Part shown: in pieces, positions 12,575 through 25,540 of the stretch
Position numbering within the stretch: the stretch's first letter is position 1
Layout of the letters: each line of letters opens with the position of its first letter
Origin: Dendrobates tinctorius
Taxonomy: Eukaryota
Reading direction: 5' to 3'
Assembly (NCBI RefSeq): GCF_039654945.1
Contig: NW_027361770.1
Span: forward strand, 36,022,001 to 36,086,000
Length of the DNA: 64,000 nt
Position numbers and translations under genes: made by a program
The notes under the pieces: model-generated
What the model saw: only the letters and a program-made list of their open reading frames with translations
Database searches by the model: none
Told to the model about the DNA's origin: nothing

Positions 12575-14185
12575 GTGGCATGGCGAGCGAGGAGTGAGGA
12601 CGCATGTGAGAGCTCCCGCACCGGTGACCGACCCGAACAGAGCCCAGCATACTTACCCCATCTACCGATGTCGGCTAGGAGGACCAGGGGGAACATCTCC
12701 GCGGGCCCCTCAGCACCCGATACCACTCCCAGAGGCATCTCCCGCTACATTATAGGAGCGGGAAGAGGGAAGGCCGCGGGCGCCATGACAGGTGTGGAGA
12801 CCGGAGCGCAGCAGGCCCCGCCGCCACCAGGAAGTAAGGTGCAGGCGGGAGGAGAGAGATCTGGTGAGACGGCATACCGAAGGGGACCCCCTGGGAGGAA
12901 CGGTGGCGCATCCACGGGGGCCCAGCAGACAGTGAGGCGCTCTCCTCCAAATAAATCCTCTGGGGCTTGGGAGACCTGTCACTCACAGGGGAACCACGTG
13001 GACGGACCCGCGCAGACACAGGTCGGCGGATCAGACGGGAACCCCGGGAGGGTGAATGCAGAACCCCCCACGCCACAGAGAGGCGGCAGTGTCCCCCCAG
13101 ATGCCGACATAGCCACTGCAGTTGTCCCTGCAGCAATAGGAGCAGCGGACCCCATGATGATGGACACCGCAGCATCAGATATGCAAAATAATGCAGCTCA
13201 CCGACCAGACGCACCCCTGACACCGCAACACGGGAAATCACCCTCTTCCACAACAGGGTACTCCGCAGCACCCATGGGAGCTGATTTCAGTCTATTATAC
13301 AACAAGATAAAAGATATCCCGACGAAGCAGGATATGGAGCAGTACATTGCTCGTTTGGAATGCTCCTATAAAGCTGAACTTTCCGTACTAAGAGATGATA
13401 TTCATCAATGTGGTGAGAAAGTGGAATCTCATGACCAGCTTATAGCCTCCCTGACCGAAAGAATGGAGGCTCAGGAAACCACCACAGCCGCACAAACAAG
13501 ACAGCTGCAAACTCTAGCAGAAATGCTGGATGATTCTGAGAATAGGGGACGCAGAAATAATATAAGAGTAAGGGGATTGCCTGAATCTATACCCCCCCAG
13601 GAGTTGAACACCACTTTGAGAGACATTTTTAACTCGGTACTAGATAGGCCTCAGGATGCTCCACTGGAACTGGATCGTGCCCACAGGTCCCTGGGCCCGC
13701 GCCCCGGCGAGCAAGACCCACCGAGAGATGTGATATGCCGGGTTCACAAGTACCAACTTAAAGATGCGGTTATGGGAGCAGCCAGGAGAGTAAAATCCAT
13801 AAACCACTCGGGATCTCGTATACAGCTTTTCGCAGACTTGTCCAGATGGACACTACAGAGACGCAGAGCTCTCCGCCCCCTCTTGGACGAACTCCAACGA
13901 CGCGGCCTTCCCTATACCTGGGGGTTCCCATTTTGTCTTCAGGTTCGGAAGGGAGGTAGAGTGCATTGTTTGAGCCATCCTGGCGGAGTTCCGGCGTTCT
14001 CGGCAGCCTTGGATCTAACAGAAGTGGATATACCTGACTGGCCACCCCTGCCATCATACTATAGACTTGAGGGTCTCCAAAGAGGCCAGAACCCTCAGCA
14101 GCAACGTCGTCACAGGGGTCGGCCCAATGGTCCAGGGCACATGCATCCGGTAGACGACGAGGCTGGTTATCATGCCTTGTCCTGA
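12575..14185 (+). CDS. L1 ORF1p (coiled coil + RRM + CTD), open reading frame; exact start codon uncertain
   Basis: LDDSENRGRRNNIRVRGLPE, ELDRAHR, PRDVICRVH and IQLFADLS...RR motifs. Confidence 0.85.
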   Translation: MAWRARSEDACESSRTGDRPEQSPAYLPHLPMSARRTRGNISAGPSAPDTTPRGISRYIIGAGRGKAAGAMTGVETGAQQAPPPPGSKVQAGGERSGETAYRRGPPGRNGGASTGAQQTVRRSPPNKSSGAWETCHSQGNHVDGPAQTQVGGSDGNPGRVNAEPPTPQRGGSVPPDADIATAVVPAAIGAADPMMMDTAASDMQNNAAHRPDAPLTPQHGKSPSSTTGYSAAPMGADFSLLYNKIKDIPTKQDMEQYIARLECSYKAELSVLRDDIHQCGEKVESHDQLIASLTERMEAQETTTAAQTRQLQTLAEMLDDSENRGRRNNIRVRGLPESIPPQELNTTLRDIFNSVLDRPQDAPLELDRAHRSLGPRPGEQDPPRDVICRVHKYQLKDAVMGAARRVKSINHSGSRIQLFADLSRWTLQRRRALRPLLDELQRRGLPYTWGFPFCLQVRKGGRVHCLSHPGGVPAFSAALDLTEVDIPDWPPLPSYYRLEGLQRGQNPQQQRRHRGRPNGPGHMHPVDDEAGYHALS

Positions 14186-14750
14186 ATTGCAGGTGGTCCT
14201 GCGGTGTTATGTTATGTTTTGAGGGATAACTTACAGTCTAGAAGGTTATGTTGGTTCTGAGTTTAAAAGCGAAGTATTCATAATACTATCAGTGTTGTCG
14301 ATATCGAAAATGGTTAAGAATTGGGGTATGCTTCACTAGCCTATAATTAGATAATATATGCATATTCTCTATCTGTTCAGTCCTCGTTATAAAGGGAATA
14401 CGATGGTTAAATCATTACGGGGTTGGGAACCGGGGGAGACGGTGTCTCCAACTCCTCTTTTTGCTGTACACTTAACCCCTGGAGGCGCTGTCTTGCCATC
14501 GTGGCACGCAGCTGTTATAGTTTACCTCCAACAGGTTTTACTGGAGTGTGCTTATTTACACTCGTATAGATAAAATTTCCTATATCTTTGTCTTCTTTCC
14601 TTTTTTTTTCTAACTTTTCGTCTACTTTCTTTGTTAATACCCACTCCCTTTACTAGCTTTCCCTCCCTCGTCAACAACGGGCGTAGAACTCCGAAGCCGA
14701 TCCATCTTGGTAGCCGTAACCTGCATCCTTGACCTCACGCTGCAGATACA

Positions 14751-17700
14751 ATGTCGGGTAAGACCAATGCACAAAAGATAACATTGGCTCTTTGAATACT
14801 AGAGGCTTTAATACCCCGCAGAAGCGGTCACATATTTTACATGGTATGCACAAGAAAAGAGTAAATATAGTAATCTTACAAGAGACACATTTTAAAGTTG
14901 GACATATCCCTAATATTCACGACCGATACTACACAACTTGGTTCCATAGTGCTAACCCGGATTCACGTTCCCGTGGGGTATCTATAGCGCGCCATAAATC
15001 TCTCCAGCATAACATATTGGACACCTTGGTTGATACGGAGGGCAGATACGTGCTTTTGAAAATTCAAATTTTTTTCAACCACATATACTATAGCGGGTTG
15101 GTACGCACCCGGCCGGGACCAAATACGAGCTGCTAGATCTTTCCTGAAGATCGTGGCTGAGTTTGCTGAGGGGGTGGTCATACTGGGAGGAGACATTAAC
15201 ATGACTCTTAACCCGACTCTAGACTCCACAGCAGCGAAGTCTTATCTATCATATCGTCAGCTGTCCTCACTGAAAAGGGACCTCCAGGATTTACGACTCA
15301 CTGACGTCTGGAGACTTTGTAATCCCAATGAAAGAGACTATACGTTCTTTTCCACACCGCATAACTCATATGGTAGGATTGATTTCTTTCTCCTTAGTCA
15401 CTGTGCATTGGCCTGGAACCCGAGACCTATCGGGAGTTTTCTATGGTCGGATCATGCTCCAGTGTTTCTGGACATTAGCCCTCCTGGCTCAGGGCTGCGG
15501 CAGTGGACGTGGAGATTGAACGATAATCTTTTAAAAGATAATACTTGCGTGGCCGACATCAAGTCTACCATAGCGGACTTCTTACAAGATCATGCACATG
15601 ACACCACTGCCATCCCTGTTAAATGGGAGGCCCTTAAATGCGTTCTTAGAGGGGTTCTCATTAAGCATGGATCTCGCTTGAAACGAATAAAAAGTAAAGA
15701 GATTATAGACTTGACAGAAAAGATATTGACGTTAGAGACGAAGCATAAAACGGACAAGGACACGGAAACGCTGATTGACCCGATCAAATACAGAGACGAT
15801 CTGAAGTCCCTACTGAGTGAAAAATACTGACACCACAGAAACCGCTTTAAAAGTATATTATACGGTCAATCTAACAAATGTGGACGTCTGCTGGCCAGGT
15901 TCTTGCATCCACGTAACCAGACTACATACATCTCTTCTCTCCAGCAAAATGGGGGTCGAGCGACGTCAAACCCGACAGAAATTTTGGACATAATGCGGCG
16001 TTACTATTATACATTATATAATATCGGTGGAGATTGTCCCCCTCAGTCACCTTTGGATCCTCAACCATGCATAGAATCTTATATTCACGACACCGCCCTT
16101 CCCACACTGGCCACGGATTTAACTATCCCGTTGGACTCGGACTTTACGACAGAGGAGATTGTTGAAGTCATCCAAAACACTCCGGCTGGTAAAAGCCCGG
16201 GACCGGATGGGTTTTCCCCCTCATTTCTATAAGATGTTTCAAGAACAACTTAGCCCTATTATGACATGGGTGTTTAACTCCATCACAGCTGAGTCCCCGT
16301 TCTCCCCACAGTCTTTAGAGGCTTTTATTACGGTGTTGCCGAAGCCGGGGAGGGACCCTAAATTAGTAACAAATTACCGCCCAATATCTCTCATCAATGT
16401 TGATGTAAAATTATACTCCAAAATACTGGCAAATCGTCTGGCTCCTCTCTTGCCATCAGTAATACATTCAGATCAGGTGGGGTTTGTGCGAGGAAGGGAG
16501 GCAAGAGACGGCATAAGTAAGACCCTCAACTTGACTGCCTATGCTAAATCGAAATGTAAACCGTTGGTTGTACTGTCGATGGATGCGGAGAAGGCCTTTG
16601 ACCGTGTCCACTGGGGCTTCATGTTTTCGGCCCTACGACAGATGGGCCTGGGAAACCGTTTCCTGCATAGGGTTGCAGCCCTATACTCTGGCCCGTCGGC
16701 TAGGGTCAAGGTAAATGGAGCAATGTCAGGCTCTATGACCATTGGGAACGGGACCAGGCAAGGGTGCCCTTTGTCGCCCCTTTTATACGCGATAGTTATG
16801 GAGCACTTGGCAGTGGCGATCAGGAAGAACCCTAGTGTACACGGTCTATGGGTAGACGATATTCATTATAAGGTCTCTCTTTATGCGGACGACCTCTTAC
16901 TGTATATATCCCAGCCACATATTACCCTCCCATCATTGATGGAAGAGTTCCAAAAAATACGGAGCGGTCAGCAATTTTAAGATTAACTTTCAGAAAACTG
17001 AAGCCCTTAACATATCCCTAGGACAGACAGAACTTACAAGACTTATGGGAAATTTCCCCTTTCGGCATTCAAATCCCTACTGACACGACCGACTTATATA
17101 AATTAAATTATGTGCCTTTGTTGGAGTCGACTCTGAAACGGTTGAGGGAATACGTACGGAAAAACATCTCATGGTTTGGCAGGATGAATTCATTTAAAAT
17201 GGACATTCTTCCTAGGTTCTTATATCTATTCCAGACGGTCCCGATTGTGCCGCCGAAGACATTCTTTCAGACCATTAGATCTGCGTTAATCCGCTTTACC
17301 TGGCAGACATCTAAACCTCGTCTTAAATATTCTATTCTAACCGCCCCGAAACCCAGAGGTGGAGCGGGCCTCCCTGACCTGGAACTCTATCATAGAGCTT
17401 CCTTACTAGCACTTCTGTTTGACTGGCAGTTCGGCCATCGTTCTAAACAATGGGTTCAATTGGAACAGGTGTCTTTCGGCGTCCCATTGCGTCATCTCCC
17501 GTGGATCAGACGTACTGAACAGGTCGCAAATGACTATAAGGGACCAACAGGTTTCTTGACTCGAGAAGTTCTACAGATCTGGAATCGTGTTAAACATAAA
17601 AAGAAACTGATCAGCAATTTGAACCCACTGTCACTTATATTTGGTAATCCGGACTTTCCTCCAGGGTGTCACAGAGACCAATTTTTAGGTTGGCATAGGA

Positions 17701-18524
17701 GTTCTGACTTACGATTGGGACAGATATTAGTAGACGGAAATTTTCCGACATGGGATGCCTTACGGGAAAAGTTCCCCAGTAGGTCACTCTCCTGGTTGGA
17801 ATATAACCAGTTGAGATCGTTTATACGGGGACGTTTGGTCGACCGTGCTTCTCGCCCTCCCATGACGCGGCTGGAAGCTCTCTTACAAATGCAGGACCCT
17901 CCCTCACATCTGATTTCCTTTTTATATAAGGAACTTCACTCAAGGGACTCGGAAGGGGTTCCAAGTTACATCCGCGCATGGGAGGAGGAGATGGGCTGCA
18001 AATTTTCGAAGGAGGACCTTGACAAAGCTTTTCTTTATTCACATAAAATGTCTCCGGCCGGGGGCGCTCAGGAGAAAAATTATAAGATACTGACTAGGTG
18101 GTATCTGTCCCCCGTTAGATTGAAGTCCATCTTCCCGACAGTGGATGATACATGCTGGCGCTGTACAATGGAGAGGGGCACACTATACCATATATGGTGG
18201 CAATGCCCTGCTGTACGACCCTTCTGGGAAGGGGTGTTTCGGGCCTACCAGGAGATCTCTGGGAAATGTGTCCTTCCCTCCCCACAAATTGCCATTTTAT
18301 CAATTCTCCCGGGTTCCATATCCACACAAAAGAAGAGCCTTCTCCGGTTTTGTATTACTGCAGCAAGGATGGTGATCCCACGCCACTGGCGTACGACGAC
18401 AAAGCCAACTATAGCAGAGTGGTTATCAGAGTTTATAGACATTTTTCGTATGGAGGAGTTGATGGCTGAATTGGAGGGAGATAATTCCCGTTTCATTCAA
18501 ACATGGCAGCCCTGTTGTATATAG
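14751..18524 (+). pseudogene. L1 ORF2 (APE endonuclease, RT, CCHC), split by several frameshifts and stops
   Basis: NTRG...LQETH, GGDIN, RIDFF, SDHAP, YRPISLIN, DAEKAFD, QGCPLSP, YADD and CWRC...HIWWQC, spread over ORFs 14792, 15153, 15903, 16159 and 17112. Confidence 0.9.
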
Positions 18525-18631
18525 ATACGTGACTGTATATAGCGAAAGTGTAAATATGTATATACTTTAAATGGCTTGCGGAGCAAATTAACTAAAGCTT
18601 GTGTGGTGGTTCATCTCATTCTCTGTAATCC

Positions 18632-18770
18632 AACTGAGGGAGCGAGGGGGACTGCCCCTTTTATCCCTCTGTAGGGTTCCTATTCCTAGGGGCGGATCCC
18701 CTCTCTCAGTGGGTGCTGTCGTGGACTCTATAAAAGAGTATTACCGGTAAGACGGTTTATTTCCATTTTT
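18632..18770. mobile_element. DIRS-like terminal repeat fragment
   Basis: Its reverse complement (CCACGACAGCACCCACTG...GGATCCGCCCC...CCCTACAG...GATAAAAGGGG) matches 63359-63450. The DIRS assignment is from recalled motif similarity only. Confidence 0.5.
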
Positions 18771-18773
18771 CCA

Positions 18774-18975
18774 TTAGGGTTAAAGTTGGGCTAAAGTGAG
18801 TTGAGCTAACATTAAGATTAGGGTGAGGTTAGGGTTGGGCTAAAGTTAGGGTTGTTGTTATGGTTGGGATTGGGGTTAGGTTTGTGGTTAGGATTATGGT
18901 TAGAGTTGAGATTAGGGTTCGGGTGTGTTGGGGTTAGGGTTGTGGTTAGGATTATGGTTTGGGTTGGAGTTAGAA
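18774..18975 (+). repeat. Degenerate TTAGGG-like array belonging to a transposon fragment
   Basis: TTAGGG, TTGGGA and TTGTGG variants. The adjacent 18980-19025 is the reverse complement of 63172-63218 in the TTAA/CCCTT element. Confidence 0.65.
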
Positions 18976-19994
18976 TTGGGGGGTTCCACTGTTTAGGTAC
19001 ATCAGAGGGTCTCCAAACGTGACATTGTGCCACTAGTGGTGGGCGAGCACTAAAATGCTCGGGTGCTCGTCGCTCTGGTCGAGCATATTGGAATGCTCGG
19101 GTGCTTAACCTGAGCAACGAGCCCAATGTAGGTCTATGGGAAACTCAAGAATTTTTGCCTTGGGGGGGGGGGCAGGGGTGAGGGACTAGAAATTGCGGAA
19201 ATCGATGGGAACAGTGCTCAAATTACATGGGAACTTCATGGGGAAGACCCCTGGAAGCATTTCTGACTCCCAGGTCACTGCTTTGAACAATGTTGTCAGA
19301 GTCTTATGCCACTTTTACAGACTCACAATAAAACACAAAAGCGAATCCAAAATGGATTTTTCTTGGAAATAAGTTAAGGAACTTCCTTTGCAGGGTAATG
19401 ACTTGTATATAAGGCAAAATAAATAACCAAAAACAAAAATGCTCCTCCACACCTTGGGCTATGTTCACACGTAGTGTTTTTGAACTTTAGCACTGCTTTC
19501 AACCAAGACAAATGCATTCACTGGGAAATGTCATTTTAACATTTTACAACTTTATCTGGCCATGTGGTATGTGACACATAATCAGACACATCCTGTTTCA
19601 TTTAGGAAGGAGGAACTCTGAAAGTCACAATGCCTACTTTTATAGGGCTATCAGGCGGCCTTTACTATTCATCCATCAGCCGGCTATGCTTTGTTGTTCC
19701 CATTATTAAACAGTGGATATCCTATACTGTTATTGCCTATACAGTGAATGCAAGGCCTTGCCAAAATTTAGACGCACCCCAATAACCTTTTGAAGAGACG
19801 TACAGGAGGGCCACCTGAAAGCAATGTTCCTATTATTAGAAAGTTGGTACTCCCGTACTGTTTGATCTGCATTGAATGCAAGGCCTGCCCTGGCCAAAAT
19901 TTAGATGCACGACAACAACCCTTTGAAGAGACGTACAGGAGGGCCACCTGAAAGCAATGTTCACGTTTTTAGGAAGTGGGTCACTGTTTGCCTA

Positions 19995-20505
19995 TGCAGT
20001 GAATTGCAGTGTTGAGGCTGAAGAACCTTCAGTGGAGAATTGCAGTGTTGAGGCTGAAGAACCTGCAGTGTAGAATTGCAATCTTGAAGCTGAAGAACCT
20101 GCAGCTAATTGTAGTGCTGAGGCTGAAGAACCTGCAGAGGAGATTTGCAATGTTGAGGCTGAAGAACCTGCAGTGGAGAATTGCAATGTTGAGGCTGAAC
20201 AACCTGCAGTGAAATGCAGTGTTGAGGTTGACGAACCTGCAGTGGAGAATTGCAATGTTGAGGCTGAAGAACCTGCAGTGGAAAATTGTAGTGGAGAACC
20301 TGTAGTGTAAAATTGCAGTGTTGAGGCAGAATAACTTGCAGTGGAGAGTTGCAGTGTTGAGGCTGAAGAACCTGCAGTGGAGAATTTCAATGTTGAAGCT
20401 GAAGAAACTGCTGTGGAGAATTGCATTGTTGAAGCTGAACAACGTGCAATGGAGAACTGCATTGTTGAGGCTGAAGAATCTACCAAAGGAGAATTACAAT
20501 GTTGA
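19995..20505 (+). repeat. 36-bp minisatellite, about 14 units
   Basis: Unit GTTGAGGCTGAAGAACCTGCAGTGGAGAATTGCAAT; it explains the repetitive ORFs 19992, 20009, 20029 and 20318. Confidence 0.9.
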
Positions 20506-21560
20506 TGCTTTCCTGACGGTGTGCCAGATAAGAGGGCACAGGTACTGGCGCCATACTTGATGGAGGAACCCAAGCAAGCATACTATGATTTAGCTTTTCA
20601 GGACGCTAAAGAGTATGGCAAGTTAATAACAGAGATTCTTCCACGCTGGGGGGTAACAATGACTCTCTGGGTACAGCGAGTTCACTGTTGGGCATATCAC
20701 AGGGACAAACCACCGTGCTCCCAAATGTTTGACCTGTTGCACCTTGTCCAGAAGTGACTGCAGCTAGAGTCCTCTACGCCTGCGCAGATGGTAGAACGGG
20801 TGGTGATGGACCAGTTTATGTCATATCGGACACTGTTCGCACCAGGGTGTCCGGCAGACAGCGGTAATACCCCATCCTACCACATGGTTCTCAGCGGCGC
20901 TGGTTGGTCTTCTGATCCGGCTTGGATTGGGTTAACCAGGTTGTCATTCTGGCTGAGGGCTTAGCCACGCCCTCTGTCTTTAAATTGCCCTGTGTGACTA
21001 TGGGCGTCGCAGACTATAGCTCTTGCCTTGTGATAAGCGATACCGGTCTGGAGTGGTGGTCTAAGGAGCATACGGTTGCTGGTGTAGTGTATTCCATTGT
21101 TGCCATTTTGCCTTCCTGTGTTGTATTATTTGGTTGCCCTTGCACATTACTGTATTCTCCTGTGTGTATGCGGTGTGGTGCGTTTCCTTTATCCCTGTCC
21201 ATACTTATTTGTGGGGTCTGGTGTTTGGTCTCCTCACTGGGTGGAGGGTGGTGGGTTCAGCTTAGGGCTGGACAGGAGACAAGGACAGGGTGGAGGCCCA
21301 GGCAGGCACACCTTCAGTGTAAACCCTGGGTTGAGGGACAGACAGGGTTTCCCCTAGTCTGAGGGACACCGCAGGGGCCCCGGGGTTTCAGCCTAAAGTT
21401 ACCTAGGCTTCCCATGACAGTTTATGCCCGTACAGACTTGGGTTACCCAGGGTGATCCCCAGAAAGTCGATGAACTGGTCGAGAGATACCAGGGGATAGA
21501 AGGTTCCATGGGAAAGCAGCCCACCATACTAGGGGTCCCAACAGGGGGCAGAGGCCCAAA
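20500..21560 (+). pseudogene. Gmr1-type gag/SCAN fragment interrupted by a solo LTR
   Basis: VDAFLTV, VLAPYL..EPKQAYYDL, QMFDLLHLVQK and WVTQGDP...VERYQ; homologous to 10184-10600(-). Confidence 0.75.
20819..21419. mobile_element. Solo LTR
   Basis: TGTCAT...ATGACA termini with 5-bp TSD GTTTA. Confidence 0.85.
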
Positions 21561-22351
21561 AGGGGGTGGGGAGCCTATACTCGCTATGCAGTGATTGCAA
21601 GAGCTGCCACAAATTTGGAAGCACCCCAATACCCCTTGGAAGAGACGTGGAGGAGGGCCTCATAAAAGAATTTGTCCATTATTGGGAAGTGGATCTCCCA
21701 TACTGTTTGCTTAAGCAGTGAATGCAAGAGCTGCCAAAAATGTGGACGCAACCCAATACCCCTTTGATGAGATGTGGAGGAGGGCCTCATAAAAAATGTT
21801 CCCATTAGAAAGGAGCGGGATACCTATACTCGTAATGCCCATGGACTAAGTGTATGGGCTGACAAACATTTACCCCTAGGGGCTATACATGAATATACTG
21901 TATAACCATTTTTTTGGTACGGGCATCATAAACACCCTTTAAAAAAATTATGTGGGTGTTGCATCACATACCACAGTCACCCTGGTGATCTGGTAGTGTA
22001 GGATGAGGATCAGAAGGAGGAGGACAACAGCAAATAGCCAAAATCAGGAAACATATACCCATCTGTGAGTGTGAAGAGGTGCATGGGAATAGACTTCCCA
22101 AAAAAAGACACTGGATTTGAGTTTATGCTGATATCATTCGGTTCTGTTGAGAAGTTTGTCCCACTCCAGCCCTTGTTCATTTTTATAAAAGTCAGTCTGT
22201 CAGCATTTTCAGTTTTCAGGTGGATGCGCTTATCAGTTATTATTCAACCAGCGGCACTAAAAACCCGCTTTGACAAAACGCTAGTGGCATGGCAGGCCAG
22301 GACGTCCAAGGCGTAGAGAGCCAGTTCATGCCACATGTGCAGCTTGGATAC

Positions 22352-22911
22352 TGTAATGATCCAGTCCAGGTTTTGAGTCCTGTCTGCCCTTTTCCTGGGC
22401 TGATCATGTCAAGGGTTAACTTTGCCTGGCCTCATTTTGGATTCAGGTATGTTATTTCTTCCTGCTGAGTCCTGCAGGCCATGTCAGTTATATTTTCTGC
22501 CAAAGGCATGAGTATCTGACTCTGGTAGTACTGATTTGTCCTCCTGCTGTCACTGACTTTGCCTGTGTCTGTTTGCCCTCCACTCCCTGTCCCAACTCAG
22601 TGTTTCCCTTTCATGTTTAGGACTCCCTGATATCTGACTCGGCTTGGACCCTGACTTGCTGTTTGTCTCTTGTCTTTGGCATATCTGCTCCTGACCGGTA
22701 CTGACCCATTTGGGTTGCTTCTGACTCTGTGTTTATTTCTTTGGCACTGCACTACAGACTAATATTGACTCGGCTTGTTTGACTATTGTGCTGCAAGCTG
22801 GTGGCAGCCTTGCTGCTGCACTTCAGGTCTGCTCTTGCTGTGTGCAGTCCTCCCTCCACTCTATTGCCATCTAGTGGAGCTTGCATCTACCTCCATAGCA
22901 GCAGCGTGACA
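22352..22911. mobile_element. Solo LTR (same family as 48261-48819)
   Basis: TGTAATG...CGTGACA termini, 5-bp TSD GATAC; it interrupts the hAT transposase. Confidence 0.85.
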
Positions 22912-23955
22912 GATACCCAATAATTATAAGGCACAGAGGAATCACGGAGGACATTGGTACGTCAGCAAGGTACTCCCTCAGCATCTTCCAAAACTTTGCA
23001 CTCCTTGTGAGAGTTTCCCGTGCCTCAGGGCCAAAGCGATGGGAGTCTCTGAGAAAACTCTCCCAGAACTTTGCCAATGTTCCTGTGCCTCTGCTGGATT
23101 GGAGTTGTGTCTCTCTCGCCTGTACTCCTTGGTTGTCCAACGAACTGTGATCTCTGCCGCCAGCGTTTTCAGATGGTAATTTTTTTAATAATTCCGCAAC
23201 AAGGGCCCTCTGGTACTGCCCCATTTTAGTGCAGTTTTTTCTGCAGCATGTCAATTCTTTTTGTGCTTCTGTCTCGTTTTGGCACCAATTGACTTCAATT
23301 GAGTCAGTGAAATCTGCAGCAAAAACGCAGGTATAAAAATGTTTGCGGATTTGCTGAGTTTTTATTTTGCGTTTTACTGTCTTTCTATGGTGTTTCCCAC
23401 GCTGTCATCTGTGTGACAGCGTGGGAAACACTGGCACGGTGGCTCTTATTGACGGTAAAGCTATTGCCAGTCAGAGCTCTGCGGGATCATGCTGGCAGAT
23501 GTCAGCATGACCCCGCAGCTGTGACTGTCACCTGCGGTAATGTGATCGCAGACTGTCGATCAGAGCGCTGCGGCATCATACTGTTTGATGTCAGCGTGAT
23601 CCCGCAGCTCACTGACCCACAGCAGTGACCTGCAGTAAAAAGCTGGGTTGGCCGATGAGACTACTGCTCCCATTGGGCTGTCTGCTGTCAGTGGTAACAG
23701 TTACAGCAGATGCAGCTGATGGGAGAAGTAGTATCATCTGCCGGTATCTGTTCTCACAGTTTAAAAAAATAAATAAAATTACATACATATTAAAATAAAA
23801 AACCTATTATACTCACCTCACACCAGATCCCCGATGCCTTCTTCTCTTGTAAAAAATGAAGAAAATAAATAAATAAAAAACAACATATACTCACCTGTAC
23901 ATCGTACTCCAGGTATTTTGAGTGTCCCACGGCAATCTCACCTGTAGAACAGTCA

Positions 23956-25537
23956 TGTGATGTACAATGTCTGTGAGGTATGGGGTTTTGTCTACAAAAT
24001 ATGATGTTTTCTGTTGTAACTTTCCAGAAAAATCCAGCCCTCTATGCCAATGCAGGCTGTCAGCTCATGCAGCACCTTCCCCCCTCCTCTTTTCGCCCAT
24101 GGCTCACTCACACACTGACCAGTGCCCCCCTGCCTGGGCTAGCTCTGAAACCTTAAACCAACTTCCTCTCGAAGAGCAGGGGGAAGGGATCCCTTTGTTC
24201 GGAAAAACACAGGCTGTATGCCGGTATATGGGAAGCATAAAAGTCATATTACGAAAACCATACCCAGTAGAGATATGAAAATCATATTTTTGTAACCTGA
24301 GCGGTCCCAGCTTCGATACCGTGTCTCTTTCGAAGTTCCACCCTGCCCAGAACATGAGATATGATTTGCGCCCAAATGGACGGTCATATCGCATAGATGT
24401 TTGATGTTTTCTTGATGGGCTCATTACGCTGGGAAACATGATACCACTGATGAGTCCATACCAGCTTCTCCCATAAAGTTATAGCTAATCTAAGTTTTGT
24501 AGCCAAAACATAACTTGGATAAGAGAGGTGGGATCAACCCAGAATGCACCTCTCCGTGATGTCACATAGGAAAGTCTATAAGGCATTTCCTGGGCAAACC
24601 AGGTCAGAACAGCTGCAGAGTCGGTGCTGACAAGAACTCCAGATGAATGGAGACGTGTGGCTCCTCCCCCCTTAAAGCCGCATGGTCTGCCTAAGGAACA
24701 ATATGGAACTGTGAGTGTAATCTCTTTGTTTTCTCCACTTTTATTTTATACCTGTACTGTACATATTTTATGTCTCAATTTTATAGCAACTTTTATCTGT
24801 AATCACTGTCCTCTTTCGGAAAATAAATGAAATTATTTAGATCTGTCTCCATGCTCTAAGAATCGAACTATACGCCTTTGATAGATAATCGCTACTAATT
24901 CAAGGGGTTTGCCACGGACCCTCTTAATTTAACACTGTGAATTAAGTAACCGTGACTGGTGGCAGCGCGTTGTGTACGGCTATTACGGCTTGCTGGCAGT
25001 CTAGAAGGGTCTTATATTGCTGAGTAAGGGGCTTCAGCCACAGCATTGATAATTCCCTTACTGCAGAAGCCTAATTGCCGGTTCACAACAGGCAGCCCGT
25101 CCGGCGACTAATTATCCTAGGTGCAGTTCCCTGACTGACCTGAGGGTAAGGGGGGCGCCGGAGAGCTGCGAGTTCCAAAGTGGAACTGAGAAAGTGGGAT
25201 ATACATAAATCCCCACAGTACTTGGAAGATTGATAGCAGTGGTGGGGCATCCAAATTAAACTCCCCCTGCGGCAAATTGTAGAGCGAGATTAGCTTGCTG
25301 GATATTTTTGTCACATGGTGCCAGTGGTGGGATAACTAAGATAAGCCCCACTGCGCCTGTGATAGCCGTGTGCCGGCATTGTGTCACGTCCCTCCGTCCG
25401 CTGATACACCGGTGTCAGTGGTGGGATCGTGACATAGTGGTGACACAGGGTCCGCTGTCCGTCGAGTTTTGGTGGCAGCGGGACTCCCGTTAGTCGTCGC
25501 CCGTAAGTGGACGAACGGCCGTGGGCTGTTCGTCACA
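23956..25537 (+). repeat. 5' LTR (1582 bp)
   Basis: TGTGATGTAC...CGTCACA; TATAA-like motif at ~24576 and AATAAA at ~24822. Confidence 0.95.
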
Positions 25538-25540
25538 TAT

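Larger units (their letters stand above)
12570..18580 (+). mobile_element. L1-clade LINE, 5'-complete, 3' tail missing
   Basis: GGGGCGTGGC 5' end, ORF1, inter-ORF spacer and a frameshifted ORF2. No poly(A) tail or TSD was found. Confidence 0.85.
19033..23235 (-). mobile_element. hAT DNA transposon remnant (transposase C-terminus plus subterminal repeats), multiply interrupted
   Basis: Minus strand at about 22170-22345 reads LHMWHELALYALDVLACHATSVLSKRVFSAAG*IITDKRIHLKTENADRLTFIKMN (hAT dimerisation domain). ORF 22871..23254 supplies the preceding part. Tandem subterminal units lie at 19700-20000 and 21570-21850. Confidence 0.75.

Noticed and set aside
18774-18975. Possible chromosome-fusion telomere relic
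   Set aside because: The array is highly degenerate, in one orientation only, and contiguous with transposon sequence found again at 63.2 kb.
19992-20573. 193-aa Ser/Thr/Ala-rich ORF resembling an antifreeze or mucin protein
   Set aside because: It is the antisense reading of the 36-bp minisatellite.
24447-24460. CTGATGAG hammerhead-like core in the LTR
   Set aside because: No helix II partner or GAAA follows it.
23967-24830. Short ORFs within the LTRs (103, 111 and 68 aa, duplicated at 30765-31628) as accessory genes or env
   Set aside because: No recognisable domains and short length; the duplication simply reflects LTR identity.
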